This document shows, in pieces, positions 60,568-64,000 of a stretch of 64,000 nucleotides of DNA (position 1 is the first letter of the stretch; each line of letters starts with the position of its first letter). The notes under the pieces are model-generated. The model worked only from the letters and a program-made list of their open reading frames with translations. It was not told the DNA's origin and did not search any database. A program made the position numbers and the translations under genes. Source of the DNA: Ramazzottius varieornatus (Eukaryota > Animalia > Tardigrada); the NCBI GenBank assembly GCA_001949185.1, contig BDGG01000016.1:434001-498000 (forward strand), written 5' to 3'.

Positions 60568-62104
60568 CTTCAGGTTGAAATTTAGGGAAGATCTCGTGAA
60601 GCCCGAAGATGCAGCTCGGTGCCGAATTCATGGGATGAGGTACACTGAGATTTCGAGGACAACTGTCCGAGCTTCCAAAACAGCAACATCAGGTCCACTG
60701 TACAGTTCTCGGCAGAATCCATAACCCACAGATCAAGGACGTGAAAGTGTTGTTTCAAGATCCAAGCATAAACCACTCATTGGCAATATTTCACGCTCCT
60801 ACTCTTCAGAACTCAAGACGATCTTGATCAAAACCACTGACATGAAAACAGATGAATCAGAGCCCAGAAGGATCCAGATTCCAGAACCATGGATTCCTGA
60901 ACAAAATCTTGCTAGCGCTGTTCTTCTCGGATCCGCGCAGGATAGTACAGGAATGCGGATGCTGTGGAATGTGGATTAGTCATTAGTGGAAGCTTTTCCG
61001 TAATGGAATGGAATTGCGCTTGCGCATGAATAATACAGATAACGAATGTAGGTGGGTCCGGTGGGATCGACCGCTGACGTCATTCTCTCAAGGGGCAACT
61101 CGCCCAGGAGAATGACAAATTTCTTTATTCTGATCTTTGTCTGACTTGACTCCTTGAGTCTTCGGTAACTCCAGCACCTTCTTCACGGATAACCTTTGTC
61201 AAACTTTGCTCGAAGAATCCCACTCGATTGATGGATCCAAGATGAAACTGGTGAGTCTGCTCTGTACATGATACTGGCGGAAATGGTACGGAAAATTTGA
61301 CGATGGGGGATGGTAGAATATGGCTGTCTTTATTTATGTTTCTCACTTCGAACTTTGTGAAGAAGGGCTTAGTCTCTTAAATGTGCTGAAGAAAGCGTTT
61401 TCTCGGGAGTGGTTCGAACTGGGGCTGTCGAAGTGCTCTCAGCACCGAGAAAGGGTTAATTTTAGCTATTTCGTCGATGGATTTCCTAATAATCGTGTAG
61501 GGGGTTTAATCTCACGCATTACGTCACAAGGCGCATGGTTAGCCATGGCTGTTGTAGAACGGAAACGGTCACGTGCTTTTGAGACTGCGCTATCAGGGTT
61601 CGGGTCCGAATATCTTCAGAGTGGCTCGTGCGTCTGAAGCGGCTCGATAATTCTCATTTGGTCCCATAACTTCTTCCGTAGTTTATCCCGATTCGATATC
61701 GCAAAGTTTTTCTGGAAATTGCAGTTTATTGACGTATGCAAAGTTCAAAGTAACTCGTGATTGAAATATGCTGCGTTCAGCAATAAGCTATCGGGCATTC
61801 ACGTTCCTCCCACATGCCAAGTCCGCCGTCGTCGTGTGTGAGAGTAACCGATCGAAGTTCAAGGTTGGCTTTCAGCCACTTGGCGTTGGCTGCGTGAACT
61901 GCAACAGCAACACTAATGTGTCTGATATCAATCCATCGTAATATTCCATCTTCTTCGAGCGGAGGCGTAATACGACGACGTCGTCCCGCTGGAATCTGGA
62001 GCACATTTTCGGACTGCGGGTTTTTATCGTTGCAGGATTGGTGACGGCTCTCGGTGCCCCATTGAGCCTGTGGTCTAGATCCAGGGAGAAACCTTTGAGT
62101 GGAT

Positions 62105-64000
62105 ATGGCCAGTATGCAGGTTCGATTCCGAGTAATCGCGACTACCGCGGCGGACGTGATGGTCTTCGTCAGCGGAGGAGCTACAGAACTGGGCAGCTGG
62201 AACCACGAAGATGCCGTCCCTCTTACCAAAGATACCCAGGAACGAAATGGAGCTCTGACAGAGGGGCAGTAAGTACCACAATCCATGTGTTTTTCCGTAT
62301 GCGATGGGAAGCTTTAGAGTTACTCAGCTATACACACTCAACCCGCGCGGCACTGTTCACGAGTTGCGCGAGTTCGTCGGGGAACCGCTGTGGCTCACAT
62401 GACGTTTCCCCGGTGCAGTCGCGCATGGCTTGACGGTTGCGCGCGAGTTTCTCACTATTCAGAAGACTTGATACTACTAGTTGTTTTTCCAGTGTTTTGT
62501 TGGCCTGGCACATATTGATATCCAAATATGCCGACAGGCATGCTGGTTGTTTTACAGAGATCTCTGGACAACCACGATTACCCTTCCAGCCGACCATGAC
62601 ATTGCCTACCGATACTTCATCGGTACTCAGAACGACTTACCCAACGGCAAGAGTGTTCGTCTGATTCGGCTCTTCGAAACACATCTGGAAGCCAGAACCT
62701 TTCACACTCCCGTCACCAATGGACAGGTCCACGATGTCCATCAAGTGCCCGACACGTTCGGTCTCTTGAACGATACGGTACGCGTGAACGATCACTTTGT
62801 GAGGAATTAGAATATTAATTTCCTTCTTCGCCAGGTTCGAGTGCAAAGGGGATGGTTGACGCACGAATCGGAGATACATCTGCGCTTTCTGGGCAACGCG
62901 ATCTACTGGTGGAAGGCGCGGCATCGAACCAAGACCCACGCCATGAAGATCATCCCCATGGATCTGCGGTATCGCGAGCACGCCAGTGAAGAAGAGGAGG
63001 ACGAGATGAGTTTCCCACATGCACACGAACTGGAAGTGGCGATCTTGAATCAGAAGAACTGCCAGTTCGGGCCTCAGAAGAAGCATGGACAGGTCTTTAC
63101 CGATGACAGCATCGTGTTGTACCGCATGCGAGTTCTCGAACCATGCTTTATGGCGTACAGGTATGTGCTGTAATTACTCTTCCTGCTTGAATTCTTGAAT
63201 TCAACACAGTACTGTAAACATACGTACCATTTTTCTGATACTTTTTTTATGGCAGGTGCGACTTTTACGCCTGGGAGACCACGCCGAGTTCGCCCGAAGA
63301 CGCGGAGAACGAACCGGAACCTCGCCATGTGGGTTGCTGCTACATTCTTCCTCCCAGTGCCAAGGATACGTACGGTGACAGAACAGTCCTCATAAACGGC
63401 CAGAAACATCAGCCCATAGGTAATTCGAAACTGTGGTCACGTGAAACGTTTTCTTGTGACCTTGCCCGTGTGAAGTCGCGCATTTCCGCGCGTCGACACT
63501 CCTTTTTATTCGTTTGAAGTCGCGCATATGTGCGCGAGTGCACTTGGGTCGTTTGATTACCCACTAGTCTTCCGGTTCTTTGCAGGTCAGCTCTTTGTCC
63601 ACTTCATGCAAGTTCAGCCCTGCAAAGAAATCAGCTGTTCGTTGGAAGTCTCGTTCGCCAAATACTGGCGGAAACGGCAGAAGGCCTATGACATTGGCCA
63701 TCGTGGCAGTGGTAACTCCTTCTCGGTCAAAACGCAGTGCGCCAACATTCGTGAAAACACCATCGCGTCGTTGGCTTCCGCTGCTCGTAACGGCGCCGAC
63801 TTTGTCGAGTTTGACGTTCAGCTGTCCAAAGACAAAATACCGGTAAGAGTCAAGTCTCGCTCATCGCTCGTCCATCTTGTTATAGAATACAGAGTAGTAG
63901 CTAAACCCATTCAGAGCAGAATCCGACGTCGGCAAATGTGTTCACTCGGATCGTGTTCCCAACTGGCGCACGGTCCCTGACAATAATATCAAAAATGTAA
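62105..64000 (+). CDS. GPCPD1: Glycerophosphocholine phosphodiesterase GPCPD1/GDE5 (5' part, runs off the window)
   Basis: CBM20 N-terminus MASMQVRFRV...VFVSGGATELGSWNHEDAVPL; GWLTHESEIHLRF; GDPD motifs IGHRGSG, RENTIASL, GADFVEFDVQLSKDKIP. Confidence 0.9.

Noticed and set aside
4195-64000. CRISPR-like reading of the repeat/spacer palindromes
   Set aside because: Copies are dispersed and inverted rather than a direct-repeat array, spacers share a faint ancestral consensus, the context is eukaryotic and there are no cas genes.

Overview
Gene-dense eukaryotic (invertebrate animal) DNA with short GT-AG introns; the taxon cannot be fixed from sequence alone, though it is consistent with a compact ecdysozoan genome such as a tardigrade. 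Conserved genes in order: PB1-domain protein (-), IFRD (-), Cip/Kip CDK inhibitor (+), WDR3/Utp12 (-), muscle myosin II heavy chain (+), mRpL34 (+), PDS5 (-), KIF23/MKLP1 (+), RAPGEF1/C3G (-) and the 5' part of GPCPD1 (+). Accessory content: three copies of an F-box-like family sharing a C-terminal motif (one intact, two pseudogenes), two two-gene PIF/Harbinger-type transposons (one decayed, one apparently intact), a 5'-truncated RLE-type non-LTR retrotransposon and several MITEs. Main observations: (1) a dispersed, mostly intronic ~110-bp palindromic element, about 20 copies, whose inverted 12-bp core CAAGTGGCGCAC...GTGCGCCACTTG is held at a 25(+/-1)-nt spacing while the spacer sequence diverges; (2) three mutually exclusive myosin exons encoding P-loop plus loop 1; (3) a duplicated alternative last exon encoding the MKLP1 tail domain; (4) paired TTGGAGCTCCAA palindromes throughout one Harbinger element. 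All exon coordinates were read by eye.
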